Shown here: positions 26,041 through 35,233 of the stretch, in pieces
Position numbering within the stretch: position 1 is the first letter of the stretch
Layout of the letters: the number at the start of each line of letters is the position of its first letter
Assembly (NCBI GenBank): GCA_905236735.1
Contig: CAJOOU010000050.1
Span: 1 to 42,461, forward strand
Length of the DNA stretch: 42,461 bases
Origin: an uncultured Eubacterium sp.
GTDB taxonomy: Bacteria > Bacillota > Clostridia > Lachnospirales > Lachnospiraceae
Reading direction: 5' to 3'
Notes under the pieces: model-generated
What the model was told of the DNA's origin: nothing
The model's input: only the letters and a program-made list of their open reading frames with translations
Database searches by the model: none
Made by a program: the position numbers and the translations under genes

Positions 26041-26499
26041 ATGAAAATTTCAACAAAGGGAAGATACGGACTAAGAGCCATTCTTGATGTTGCACAAAAC
26101 AGTGACCAGTCACATACGGTAAGTGTACAGAGTATATCAGATAGGCAGGATATTTCCGAAAGCTACCTTGAACAGCTTGTAAGACTATTAAAAAACGCCG
26201 GGCTGATAAAAAGTGTCAGAGGCGCCGGAGGAGGCTATATGCTAGCCAGATCAGCAGACGATATTTCCGTAGGTGATGTTTTAAGAGCCTGCGAAGGAAA
26301 TATAGAGGTGGTCTCATGCACGGCTACAGATAGCGGAGAAAAATGCTCCAGAGCAGAAAAATGTGTTACCAGGATAGTCTGGGATTCCGTTAATAAGGCA
26401 ATTGAAGATGCGGTAAATTCGATTTCAATCGGAAAACTCATTGAAGACAGTATTTCAATTGAAGAAAAGCCGGATGATAAATCCGTATGTATAAATTAA
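26041..26499 (+). CDS. Rrf2-family transcriptional regulator (IscR-like), probable suf operon regulator
   Basis: It begins MKISTKGRYGLRAILDVA, has the wHTH segment ISESYLEQLVRLLKNAGLIKSVRGAGGGY, and carries a Cys cluster (C-x9-C-x9-C-x5-C) at the usual Fe-S ligand region. Confidence 0.88.
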   Translation: MKISTKGRYGLRAILDVAQNSDQSHTVSVQSISDRQDISESYLEQLVRLLKNAGLIKSVRGAGGGYMLARSADDISVGDVLRACEGNIEVVSCTATDSGEKCSRAEKCVTRIVWDSVNKAIEDAVNSISIGKLIEDSISIEEKPDDKSVCIN

Positions 26500-26519
26500 C
26501 AAACGAAAGGAAAACAAAA

Positions 26520-27263
26520 ATGCAGTTACTTACAATCAATAATTTATGTGTGGAAGCAGATGATAAAAAAATACTCAATAATGTCTGTCTAAACATCGGC
26601 AGCGGTGAAATTCATGTAATCATGGGTCCTAACGGCGCCGGTAAGTCAACCCTCGGCAATGCTCTTATGGGAAATCCATCATACAAAATCACAAATGGAA
26701 GCATCGTGTTTGACGGAAAAGACATTACAAATGAAACGGCAGATAAAAGAGCTAATGCAGGAATATTTATGTCCTTCCAAAGCCCTCTCGAAGTACCGGG
26801 CATAAGTCTTGAAAGCTTTATAAGAAACGCTCTCAGGATAAAAACCGGCAAGCCCGTAAAACTGATGCAGTTTACAAAGCAGATGAATGAAACAATGGAG
26901 CTGCTTGATATGGACCTTTCATACTCGGAAAGAGACTTAAATGTCGGATTTTCGGGAGGAGAAAAGAAAAAAGCAGAAATACTTCAGATGCTTATGCTCT
27001 CTCCCAAACTCTGTATTTTAGACGAAACAGATTCGGGCCTTGATGTTGATGCCGTTCGTGTGGTTTCCAAAGGTATTAATGAATACATTAAAAGAACCGG
27101 AGGCTCATTAATAATTGTTACTCATAATGCAAACATTCTCGAAAGCCTTAATGTAACCAAAGCTCATATCCTTGTCAAAGGACAGATTGTTAAAGACGGA
27201 GGCAATGAGCTTATAGACGACATTAATGAAAACGGTTTTGAAAAATATATTTCGGAGGCATAA
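26520..27263 (+). CDS. sufC: Fe-S cluster assembly ATPase SufC
   Basis: It has Walker A GPNGAGKST, the signature FSGGEKKK, and Walker B ILDETDSGLD. Confidence 0.93.
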   Translation: MQLLTINNLCVEADDKKILNNVCLNIGSGEIHVIMGPNGAGKSTLGNALMGNPSYKITNGSIVFDGKDITNETADKRANAGIFMSFQSPLEVPGISLESFIRNALRIKTGKPVKLMQFTKQMNETMELLDMDLSYSERDLNVGFSGGEKKKAEILQMLMLSPKLCILDETDSGLDVDAVRVVSKGINEYIKRTGGSLIIVTHNANILESLNVTKAHILVKGQIVKDGGNELIDDINENGFEKYISEA

Positions 27264-27264
27264 A

Positions 27265-28641
27265 ATGGGAACTTCTCTTTATGATTTTATAGATGATGAA
27301 AAAGATTTTTATAAGGTCGATGAGGGTCTTACCGAAGATATAGTAAAGAAAATCTCGGAAGAAAAAAACGACCCGCAGTGGATGACGGAATTTCGGTTAA
27401 AATCTCTCGCCATATACAACGACTATAAAATGCCCAAGTGGGGACCGCCGGTTGACGGGCTGAATATTGACAATATAGTCACCTATGTCCGTCCGAATAC
27501 TCAAATGAAGGGTTCGTGGGACGAGGTACCGGATGATATAAAAAATACCTTTGACAAGCTCGGAATCCCAAAGGCAGAGCATGAATTCCTTGCCGGCGTC
27601 GGCGCACAGTATGATTCGGAACTTGTATATCACAATCTCCAGGATTCTGTAGCTAAAAAGGGCGTGGTCTATCTTGATATGGAGAGTGCTCTTTCGGGGG
27701 AATATGCAGATATGGTAAGGGAATATTTCATGAAACTTGTTCCGCCCACAGACCATAAATTTGCAGCCCTTCACGGCGCAGTATGGTCCGGAGGCTCCTT
27801 TGTTTATGTACCAAAGGGGGTAAAACTTGATATCCCGCTTCAGTCTTATTTCAGACTTAATGCCAAGGGGGCCGGACAGTTTGAGCACACACTTATAATA
27901 GTTGATGAAGATGCTGACCTTCACTTTATAGAGGGCTGCTCCGCTCCCAAATGGAATGTTGCAAACCTTCATGCCGGCTGCGTGGAACTATATGTAAAAA
28001 AAGGTGCAAGACTCAGATATTCAACCATAGAAAACTGGTCAAAGAATATGTATAACCTCAACACCAAAAGAGCTCTTGTTGAAGAAGGAGCAAGGATGGA
28101 ATGGGTATCAGGCTCTTTCGGCTCTCATGTGTCCTATCTTTACCCCACCACAATACTTAAAGGAAAGGGAGCCGACTGCGAATACACAGGTATTACTTTT
28201 TCCGGTAACGGACAAAATCTTGATACCGGATGTCGTATGGTACATATAGGAGAAGAAACCACATCCCTTGTCACCTCAAAATCGCTTACAAAAGGCGGAG
28301 GCATAGGAACATTCAGAAGCGCTGTAGAGGTTATGCCAACAGCCAAAGGAGCAAAGTCATCGGTAGACTGCGAATCCCTTATGCTGGACAATATATCCCG
28401 CACGGACACCATCCCCGAGATAGATGTCAGAACCAACGGCTGTGATATAGGTCACGAGGCAAAGATAGGAAGTATTTCAGATGAAGCTGTTTTTTATCTG
28501 ATGTCGAGAGGTATATCCGAAGATGAGGCAAGAGCAATGATTGTATCCGGATTTGCCAACCCCATCAGCAAGGAGCTGCCTTTGGAATATGCAGCCGAAA
28601 TGAATAACCTTATTAAACTCGAAATGGAGGGCTCACTTTAA
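27265..28641 (+). CDS. sufB: Fe-S cluster assembly scaffold SufB
   Basis: 458 aa with typical SufB segments (KMPKWGP, HFIEGCSAP, STIENWS, GHEAKIGSISDE). A GGAGG RBS precedes ATG 27265. Confidence 0.92.
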   Translation: MGTSLYDFIDDEKDFYKVDEGLTEDIVKKISEEKNDPQWMTEFRLKSLAIYNDYKMPKWGPPVDGLNIDNIVTYVRPNTQMKGSWDEVPDDIKNTFDKLGIPKAEHEFLAGVGAQYDSELVYHNLQDSVAKKGVVYLDMESALSGEYADMVREYFMKLVPPTDHKFAALHGAVWSGGSFVYVPKGVKLDIPLQSYFRLNAKGAGQFEHTLIIVDEDADLHFIEGCSAPKWNVANLHAGCVELYVKKGARLRYSTIENWSKNMYNLNTKRALVEEGARMEWVSGSFGSHVSYLYPTTILKGKGADCEYTGITFSGNGQNLDTGCRMVHIGEETTSLVTSKSLTKGGGIGTFRSAVEVMPTAKGAKSSVDCESLMLDNISRTDTIPEIDVRTNGCDIGHEAKIGSISDEAVFYLMSRGISEDEARAMIVSGFANPISKELPLEYAAEMNNLIKLEMEGSL

Positions 28642-28642
28642 T

Positions 28643-29782
28643 ATGGATAAAAATACAATTACAATCAGTCATCTCCCCTCTCCCACCTGGGTCAGACTCG
28701 GTGTAAACGGTGATGAAATTGATGCGGATATTTTTAAAAAAGCTGCTGCGGGTAAAACAAATGCAAATGTCGCAGACAGAAAAATAATTTCACAAAAACA
28801 GGCGGATGAGCTCATATATTCCCATACCGGAGAAATTGTAAGAGAAAAATATGTAGCAGGAAAAAGCCCTATATATAACGAGCAGTATCTTGCCACGGGA
28901 CTTGGCAAAGATTTTGAAAATGCTATAGGCGGGGCCTGTCCGGATATTGAACTTTATACCATAGAAAACGGGAAAAGCCACAGCTCTCCCATCATACTGA
29001 CTGCGGATATTACAGATGATTTTACCGTATACAGACAGATTATACATGCCAAAAAAGGAGTATGTGCGACTGTTATACTTTTGTCCGAATCTCCCAAAAC
29101 CGGAAAAGGTGCGGTTGAAACAAGGGTGATTTGCGAAGAAGGTTCATCTATAAGACTTATTAAAATAGGACTTTGGGGCGCCGAAACCGAAATCTACGAT
29201 GATAACGGCGCCTATCTTGAAAAGGATTCTTCCTTTGTATTTTCGCAGCTTCTGCTGGGAGGGGGAAATGTCCACACCGGTCAGTATGCGGATTTAAGAG
29301 GTGATAATTCAAGGTTTGTAATAGGCAGCGGATACTTTATATCCGGCGAAAGCAAAACCGATATCAACTATATCGCCACACACAGAGGAAAAAACACCCA
29401 CTCAAAAATATATTCGGGTGGCGCTTTAAAAGACAATGCGGTAAAAGTATTTAAAGGCACAATTGACTTTCGCGACGGTTCAGCGAATTCCGAGGGAGAC
29501 GAGCAGGAAGATGTCCTTTTATTAAGTGAAAATGTTATAAACAAATCCGTGCCCGTTATTCTTTCCGAAGAAGAAACAGTAGACGGCAGACATGGAGCAA
29601 CCATAGGAAATCTTTCGGAGGACATACTGTTTTATCTCGCCAGCCGCGGCATTGATAAAACCTCGGCCGAAATGCTTTTTACCCGGGGAAAACTTATGAC
29701 AATAACAAAATCCATACCTGACAAAAGCATTAAAGAAAAAATCAGTACTTACATATTGGAGGCATTTGAAGCAAATGAATGA
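28643..29782 (+). CDS. sufD: Fe-S cluster assembly protein SufD
   Basis: 379 aa, a SufB paralogue, with C-terminal DGRHGATIGNLSEDILFYLASRGI. It lies directly after sufB. Confidence 0.85.
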   Translation: MDKNTITISHLPSPTWVRLGVNGDEIDADIFKKAAAGKTNANVADRKIISQKQADELIYSHTGEIVREKYVAGKSPIYNEQYLATGLGKDFENAIGGACPDIELYTIENGKSHSSPIILTADITDDFTVYRQIIHAKKGVCATVILLSESPKTGKGAVETRVICEEGSSIRLIKIGLWGAETEIYDDNGAYLEKDSSFVFSQLLLGGGNVHTGQYADLRGDNSRFVIGSGYFISGESKTDINYIATHRGKNTHSKIYSGGALKDNAVKVFKGTIDFRDGSANSEGDEQEDVLLLSENVINKSVPVILSEEETVDGRHGATIGNLSEDILFYLASRGIDKTSAEMLFTRGKLMTITKSIPDKSIKEKISTYILEAFEANE

Positions 29783-30983
29783 TTTTAGAAAAGATTTTCC
29801 GATACTATCGGATGAAAAATACATATATTTCGATTCAGCAGCTACAAGCCAGCATCCCATACAGGTAATAGATGCTGTTTCCAACTATTATAAGACCATA
29901 AACGCCAATCCCCTGCGCGGACTTTACGAATGGAGCATAAAGGCCACAGATGCATATGAAAATGCAAGGGAGAAGGTTGCAGACTTTATCGGAGCTGAAA
30001 AATCTTCGGAAATAATATTTACCAGAAATGCATCGGAATCATTAAACCTCGTTGCCTACAGCTGGGGACTTGCTAATGTAAAAAAAGGCGATGAAATTGT
30101 CATCGCAATAAGCGAACACCACAGCAATATCCTGCCATGGCAGATGGTGGCCAAAAAGACAGGAGCAACCCTGGTTTATCTTGAATGTGATGAAAATGGA
30201 GTCTACTCCGAAGAAGAACTAAAAAAAATAAACGAAAAGACAAAGGTTCTGGCCATAGCCCAGGTTTCAAATGTTTTGGGCTGCCCTAAACCTATAAAAA
30301 AGCTTTCTTTACTGGCTCACAAATACGGTGCCGTAATTGTTGTGGACGGAGCACAGTCCGCCCCTCATATGCCTATAGATGTAAGGGATATGGATGCTGA
30401 CTTTTTTGCCTTTTCCGGTCACAAGATGCTTGCGCCCATGGGCATTGGCGTATTATATGCAAAAGAGACTCTTTTAAATGATATGCCTCCGTTTCTTGTC
30501 GGAGGTGAAATGATAGAATATGTTACAAGGGAAGATGCCACATACGCTCCTCTCCCACATAAATTTGAGGCAGGTACGGTTAATGCCGGAGATGCCGTGG
30601 GACTTGCAGCTGCCATCGACTATATTAAAGATGTAGGCTTTGATTTTATAAAAGAAAGAGAAGAAACTCTTACTTCTTATCTTCTTTCTGAAATGAAAAA
30701 AATACCTCATCTTACAGTTTACGGCGATGATGACCCTTCAAACCACTGCGGTATAATAACCTTTAATCTCGACGGCTGCCACCCCCATGATGTCTCTTCC
30801 ATACTCGACAGTGAACACATCTGTATAAGAGCCGGACATCACTGCGCACAGCCCCTGCTTAAACATATGGGGGTAAATGCCACCTGCCGCGCAAGTCTGT
30901 ATTTTTACAATACAAAAGGTGAAGCCGAAAGGTTTATAAAAGCGCTTAAAAATGTCAGAAAGGAGCTTGGATATGGATCTTAA
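29775..30983 (+). CDS. sufS: Cysteine desulfurase SufS (group II)
   Basis: It has the PLP lysine in FSGHKM and the catalytic Cys in RAGHHCAQP. I prefer ATG 29775, but TTG 29766 is also possible. Confidence 0.9.
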   Translation: MNDFRKDFPILSDEKYIYFDSAATSQHPIQVIDAVSNYYKTINANPLRGLYEWSIKATDAYENAREKVADFIGAEKSSEIIFTRNASESLNLVAYSWGLANVKKGDEIVIAISEHHSNILPWQMVAKKTGATLVYLECDENGVYSEEELKKINEKTKVLAIAQVSNVLGCPKPIKKLSLLAHKYGAVIVVDGAQSAPHMPIDVRDMDADFFAFSGHKMLAPMGIGVLYAKETLLNDMPPFLVGGEMIEYVTREDATYAPLPHKFEAGTVNAGDAVGLAAAIDYIKDVGFDFIKEREETLTSYLLSEMKKIPHLTVYGDDDPSNHCGIITFNLDGCHPHDVSSILDSEHICIRAGHHCAQPLLKHMGVNATCRASLYFYNTKGEAERFIKALKNVRKELGYGS

Positions 30984-31398
30984 AACTATGTACAGGGAGA
31001 TTGTAAACGAGCACAATCTTCATCCCACACATAAATTTGACCTCGATAATCCCACAAAGGTTTTAAGAGGAATAAACCCAAGCTGCGGTGATGATATCAA
31101 TCTTCAGCTGGAAATAGAAAACGGAATAATAACAGACGGTTCTTACTCGGGAAGCGGATGTGCAATATCCCAGGCTTCTGCAGATATGATGCTTGACCTT
31201 ATCATCGGCAAAACCACAGATGAAGCCGGGGATTTATGCGAAAAGTTTCTAAAGATGATAAAGGGTGAGGCAAGCTGTGAGGAAATAGACGAACTTGATG
31301 AAGCAGCTTCGCTTGCCGATATTTCGCATATGCCGGCCAGGGTTAAATGCGCACAGCTCGGATGGCGCACTCTGGAAGAAATGATAGATGATAAATAA
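30973..31398 (+). CDS. sufU: Zn-dependent sulfurtransferase/scaffold SufU
   Basis: It has the three conserved Cys contexts NPSCGD, GSGCAIS and ARVKCAQL. An AAGGAG RBS precedes the start, and it overlaps sufS by 11 nt. Confidence 0.9.
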   Translation: MDLKTMYREIVNEHNLHPTHKFDLDNPTKVLRGINPSCGDDINLQLEIENGIITDGSYSGSGCAISQASADMMLDLIIGKTTDEAGDLCEKFLKMIKGEASCEEIDELDEAASLADISHMPARVKCAQLGWRTLEEMIDDK

Positions 31399-31404
31399 AA
31401 CACT

Positions 31405-31448
31405 AAAGGGGCTGTCGCACTAAGAAATTAGTGTGACAGCCCCTTTTA
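31405..31448. terminator. Bidirectional intrinsic terminator between sufU (+) and the ABC ATPase (-)
   Basis: AAAGGGGCTGTCGCACTA - loop - TAGTGTGACAGCCCCTTTT forms a stem of about 15 bp with one G-T pair. It is flanked by an A-run on the left and a T-run on the right. Confidence 0.85.
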
Positions 31449-31497
31449 CACTATTTTTATACCATTCCTGTTTATGCCGCCTTCCGGCAGCTATGAA

Positions 31498-32256
31498 TTA
31501 ATCACTGAATCTTGCCAGAAACTGTTTCGTACGCTCACATTTAGGATTATCAATGACATCTTTTGCAGTCCCCTGCTCAACAATATATCCGCCGTCCATA
31601 AATATAACCCTGTCGGATACATCTCTTGCAAATGCCATCTCGTGAGTAACTATAACCATAGTCATCTTTTCTTCGGCGAGCTGTTTTATAACTTTAAGGA
31701 TTTCTCCGGTAAGTTCCGGATCGAGCGCACTTGTCGGCTCATCAAAAAACAAAATTTTAGGTCTCATGGCAAGTGCTCTGGCAATAGCCACTCTTTGCTG
31801 CTGACCGCCGGAAAGCTGACACGGATAATAATTTTCTCTTCCTGTAAGTCCCATCTTTTCTATAAGCTGTTTTGCGTGTTCACAGGCTTTATCGCGGCTT
31901 TCTTTATTTACCGTGATTGCAGCATCTGTAATATTTTTCATAACAGAATAATGCGGGAACAGGTTGAAATTCTGAAATACCAGAGAATAATACTGCATTA
32001 TCTTTTTAAGCTGCGCCTTTGAGGCATAACTGCATTTGCCGTTTACATTTTTGGCAGCATAACTGCCTTCATATATAAGTTCTCCGTTATCCATTGTTTC
32101 AAGCAGAGTCGCACATCTTAACAAAGTGGATTTGCCTGAGCCCGACGAGCCAATTATTGATACCACTTCGCCTTCGTCAACATTTATCGATATGTCATGC
32201 AGCACCTCAAGAGCACCGAATGATTTTTTAACATGATTCATACTAAATAATGACAT
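31498..32256 (-). CDS. Polar amino-acid ABC transporter, ATP-binding protein
   Basis: It has Walker [10 protein letters not shown], the signature [15 protein letters not shown], and Walker [14 protein letters not shown] chose the start at [11 protein letters not shown] (ATG 32256), which has a GGAGA RBS 7 nt upstream. Confidence 0.9.
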   Translation of the reverse strand: MSLFSMNHVKKSFGALEVLHDISINVDEGEVVSIIGSSGSGKSTLLRCATLLETMDNGELIYEGSYAAKNVNGKCSYASKAQLKKIMQYYSLVFQNFNLFPHYSVMKNITDAAITVNKESRDKACEHAKQLIEKMGLTGRENYYPCQLSGGQQQRVAIARALAMRPKILFFDEPTSALDPELTGEILKVIKQLAEEKMTMVIVTHEMAFARDVSDRVIFMDGGYIVEQGTAKDVIDNPKCERTKQFLARFSD

Positions 32257-32281
32257 AATTAATTCTCCGGAAAGGTTTCTT

Positions 32282-32938
32282 TTATTCAAAATAATTAAGA
32301 GCTTTTTCTATTTTGCTCATTCCGGCTGCAACGACAAGGTTGAATATATAATAAAACACACCTGCAACAAACAGCGGAATTATTGTAGTCTGGGCGGCTG
32401 CCACCTGTTTGGCTATTGTAAACATTTCGGTATATGCAAGTACAAAAGCAAGGGAGGTATCCTTTACAAGAGTGATAACCTCATTAGTTACCGGTGGAAG
32501 CACCCTTTTTACCATCTGCGGAAATGTAATTTTGAAAAAGGTCTGGCTTTTGGTATATCCAAGTATGAAGGCAGCTTCGTGCTGACCGCTTGGAATACCT
32601 AAGATACCGCTTCTGAATATTTCCGCAAAATATGCTGCATAATTAATAGAAAAACCTATGATTACCGCAAGAACTCTCCATCTTGACGAAAGCGTCGTGC
32701 CGAAAAGATAATACGGACCGTAAAACCACACAATCAGCTGCAGCATAAGAGGCGTACCACGAAGCACCGATATAAAAAATTTTAAAATTGTCTGAACCGG
32801 TGATATCGCATTTATCCTGCCCACCGCAATTATCAGTCCAAGTGGCAATGAAAACACCAGCGTAAGGACAAATATCATAAGTGTAGCGCCTGTACCCGAA
32901 AGTACCTGCAGCATCATCTGTGTAATAGTCATATACAA
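32282..32938 (-). CDS. Polar amino-acid ABC transporter permease (HisM/GlnP type)
   Basis: 218 aa with five or more TM helices and an EAA-like loop ([24 protein letters not shown]). Confidence 0.88.
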   Translation of the reverse strand: MYMTITQMMLQVLSGTGATLMIFVLTLVFSLPLGLIIAVGRINAISPVQTILKFFISVLRGTPLMLQLIVWFYGPYYLFGTTLSSRWRVLAVIIGFSINYAAYFAEIFRSGILGIPSGQHEAAFILGYTKSQTFFKITFPQMVKRVLPPVTNEVITLVKDTSLAFVLAYTEMFTIAKQVAAAQTTIIPLFVAGVFYYIFNLVVAAGMSKIEKALNYFE

Positions 32939-32961
32939 AACCCCACTGTTTAATATCTTAA

Positions 32962-33795
32962 TTACTCAATGTAATTTCCGAGGCAAAGCATTTCCGGAAT
33001 ATTGTAATCCGAATAGTTTTCAGCAATCTTATCTATTGTTCCGTCGTTATACATTTCAAAAAGAGTGCTTTGTACCGTCTCCATAAGTTCCTCGTTTCCA
33101 AGTTTGAAACCTACTGCATACTGCTCTGTTGTAAGCGGCTCTTCAAGCTGACGGAAGGTATCTCCGCGGCTTGTGAGCTGATACTGGGCAACTCCTATAT
33201 CTACAACGATACAGTCTACAGCGCCTGATTCAAGATCAAGGAAGGCTGTGTTATAGTCTGCCACCTGCTGAAGCTCAGCAAAGGTTGCCGTAAGGTCAGG
33301 ATTTTCATCAAGAGCTGCAAGTCCCGAAGAATCAGCCTGAACTACTACAACTTTTCCGGCAAGGTCTTCACTTGATTCGATATCAGAATCTGCCTTTACA
33401 ACAAAGACAATTGAATTATCAACATACGGCACTGTCCATGTATACTCATCTTCTCTTCCGGTTACGGTAAATCCGTTCCAGATACAATCAATTGAGCCTG
33501 ATTCAAGTTCCATATCCTTTGAATCCCAGTCAATCGGCTGCTTAACAAGAGTCCAGCCGTTTCTATCGCATACTTCCTGAGCAAGCTCAAGGTCGAAGCC
33601 CACATACTCGCCATTATCATCCATATAACCATATGGCGGATATTCTGCATCAAATCCTACAACAAAAGTTGTATCAGCATCTGCCGAAGCGTCTGCCGAT
33701 GCTGCAGGAGCAGTGCTTTCTGCAGCTTTGCCGCAGGCAGCAAGTGAAAGCACCATTGCTGCTCCAAGTATCACACTAAGTAACCTCTTTTTCAT
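32962..33795 (-). CDS. Amino-acid ABC transporter substrate-binding lipoprotein (SBP family 3)
   Basis: It has a lipobox (LSLAAC), a low-complexity linker (ASADASADAD), and family-3 segments (GFDAEYPPYGY, GFDLELAQEVC). A GGAGGA RBS lies upstream. Confidence 0.88.
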   Translation of the reverse strand: MKKRLLSVILGAAMVLSLAACGKAAESTAPAASADASADADTTFVVGFDAEYPPYGYMDDNGEYVGFDLELAQEVCDRNGWTLVKQPIDWDSKDMELESGSIDCIWNGFTVTGREDEYTWTVPYVDNSIVFVVKADSDIESSEDLAGKVVVVQADSSGLAALDENPDLTATFAELQQVADYNTAFLDLESGAVDCIVVDIGVAQYQLTSRGDTFRQLEEPLTTEQYAVGFKLGNEELMETVQSTLFEMYNDGTIDKIAENYSDYNIPEMLCLGNYIE

Positions 33796-33969
33796 TATTC
33801 ATTCCTCCGTAAATCAATGCTTAAATGATTCTTTTACCTGATTAGCACTCTACCATGCTAAATCACAACAGAGTGATTTTAGCACATAAGCTATCTATAA
33901 TCAATATTTATGATAAAATCACTCAAATTTGTTATATTAAAATCGCTCGTATTATGTTAAAGTTATTTT

Positions 33970-34449
33970 ATGAAAATTACAGTATTATGCGTAGGAAAGA
34001 TAAAAGAAAAATATTTCACCTCGGCAATTGCCGAATATTCCAAGAGACTCGGGCGCTACTGCACCTTTGAAATAAAAGAAGTGGCTGATGAAAAGACTCC
34101 CGATAATGCATCCGAAAAAGAGTGTTCTATTATTAAAGAAAAGGAAGGTGCAAGACTTGAAAAGCTATTGGACGAAAGCAGCTATAAGATTGCGCTTTGC
34201 ATAGATGGAAATATGATAGACTCCGTAGAACTTTCAAAAAAGATTGAAAGCATTAAGCTTTCAGGGAAAAGTCATATTGTATTTATAATAGGAGGCTCTC
34301 TGGGACTGGCGGATTCCATTGTCAAAAAAGCCGACTACAGGCTCAGTTTTTCCATGATGACCTTCCCTCATCAGCTGATGAGGGTTATTCTAAGTGAACA
34401 GATTTACCGTGCTTTTCGCATTGCTGCCGGCGAACCCTACCACAAATAA
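33970..34449 (+). CDS. rlmH: 23S rRNA (pseudouridine1915-N3)-methyltransferase RlmH
   Basis: 159 aa beginning MKITVLCVGKIKEKY, with the SPOUT C-terminus IGGSLGL...SFSMMTFPHQLMRVILSEQIYRAF. I could see no obvious Shine-Dalgarno sequence. Confidence 0.9.
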   Translation: MKITVLCVGKIKEKYFTSAIAEYSKRLGRYCTFEIKEVADEKTPDNASEKECSIIKEKEGARLEKLLDESSYKIALCIDGNMIDSVELSKKIESIKLSGKSHIVFIIGGSLGLADSIVKKADYRLSFSMMTFPHQLMRVILSEQIYRAFRIAAGEPYHK

Positions 34450-34525
34450 TGCCCGCTTCAAGTCTCGCTCGCGAGGCGAGGTAAATTATTTAAGCCGTAG
34501 GCAAAGTATCCGCATCATTTTAATA

Positions 34526-34554
34526 TTGTTTATAAGATTAAAATATCATATAAT
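34526..34554 (+). promoter_or_regulatory. Putative sigma-A promoter of xpt
   Basis: TTGTTT (34526-34531), a 17-nt spacer, then a consensus TATAAT (34549-34554). This leaves a leader of only about 28 nt before the xpt start. Confidence 0.5.
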
Positions 34555-34588
34555 ATATGAAAATATACATCATTCGGAGGAAAGCAAA

Positions 34589-35161
34589 TTGAAACTGTTA
34601 GAAGAGAGAATTATTTCCGAGGGGAAGGCGTTAAACGGCGAAGTGCTTAAGGTTGACGGGTTTATAAACCATCAGGTAGACGCTGAATTAATGAAAGAAA
34701 TCGGAAAAGATATTGCCGCTCATTTCAGCGGAAGGGGTATTACTAAAATTGTTACAATAGAAAGTTCAGGTATAGCTCCTGCTCTTATGACAGCCCTTGA
34801 GATGGATCTCCCGATGATTATCTTAAAAAAGGCTCCGTCCAAGGTATTAAACGAAAATCTTGCCCATACTGTAGTTACTTCCTATACAAAGGGCACAAGC
34901 TATGATCTTACATTAAACCGTGATTTTATGAGCGAAAACGACCATGTACTTATTATAGACGATTTCCTTGCAAACGGTGAGGCTGCAACCGGGGCTTTAA
35001 GGCTCCTTCGTTCCGTACACGCCACAATAGCCGGTATATCGGTTCTTATCGAAAAATCTTTTCAGCCCGGCCGCTCCAAAATCGAATCACAGGGCATAGA
35101 AGTTTATTCTCTTGCCCGTATTGCCAGACTTGATAAAGACATTGTTGAATTTAAGGCATAG
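34589..35161 (+). CDS. xpt: Xanthine phosphoribosyltransferase
   Basis: It aligns colinearly with B. subtilis Xpt (KVDGFINHQVD, ITKIVTIESSGIAPA, VLIIDDFLANGEAA, IEKSFQPGR). It starts at TTG 34589, with a GGAGG RBS 8 nt upstream. Confidence 0.9.
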   Translation: MKLLEERIISEGKALNGEVLKVDGFINHQVDAELMKEIGKDIAAHFSGRGITKIVTIESSGIAPALMTALEMDLPMIILKKAPSKVLNENLAHTVVTSYTKGTSYDLTLNRDFMSENDHVLIIDDFLANGEAATGALRLLRSVHATIAGISVLIEKSFQPGRSKIESQGIEVYSLARIARLDKDIVEFKA

Positions 35162-35179
35162 ATATTATATGCCAGATAC

Positions 35180-35196
35180 GCAGGATATAATCCTGC
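35180..35196. terminator. Weak hairpin between convergent xpt and the zinc-ribbon/TPR gene
   Basis: GCAGGA-TATAA-TCCTGC forms a 6-bp stem. The flanks are A/T-rich but there is no clean T-tract. Confidence 0.3.
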
Positions 35197-35233
35197 AATT
35201 ATATACAGATACCCTCTGGATTTATCATTCATC

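Noticed and set aside
27397-27972. 191-aa ORF antisense to sufB. Similar long antisense ORFs lie at 31474-32022, 21046-21741, 36994-37533, 37583-38143, 15606-16112 and 39757-40212.
   Set aside because: Each lies fully inside a strongly supported gene on the other strand. They have low-complexity or Ser/Leu/Phe-rich composition typical of shadow frames in AT-rich DNA, and none has a recognisable motif or RBS.
34462-34481. Hairpin CTCGC-TCGCGAG-GCGAG after rlmH as an intrinsic terminator
   Set aside because: The stem is only 5 bp and no T-tract follows. It is too weak to call.
34450-34588. Expected guanine/purine riboswitch upstream of xpt
   Set aside because: No conserved purine-riboswitch core sequence or three-way junction is visible. 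The predicted promoter leaves only about 28 nt of leader.
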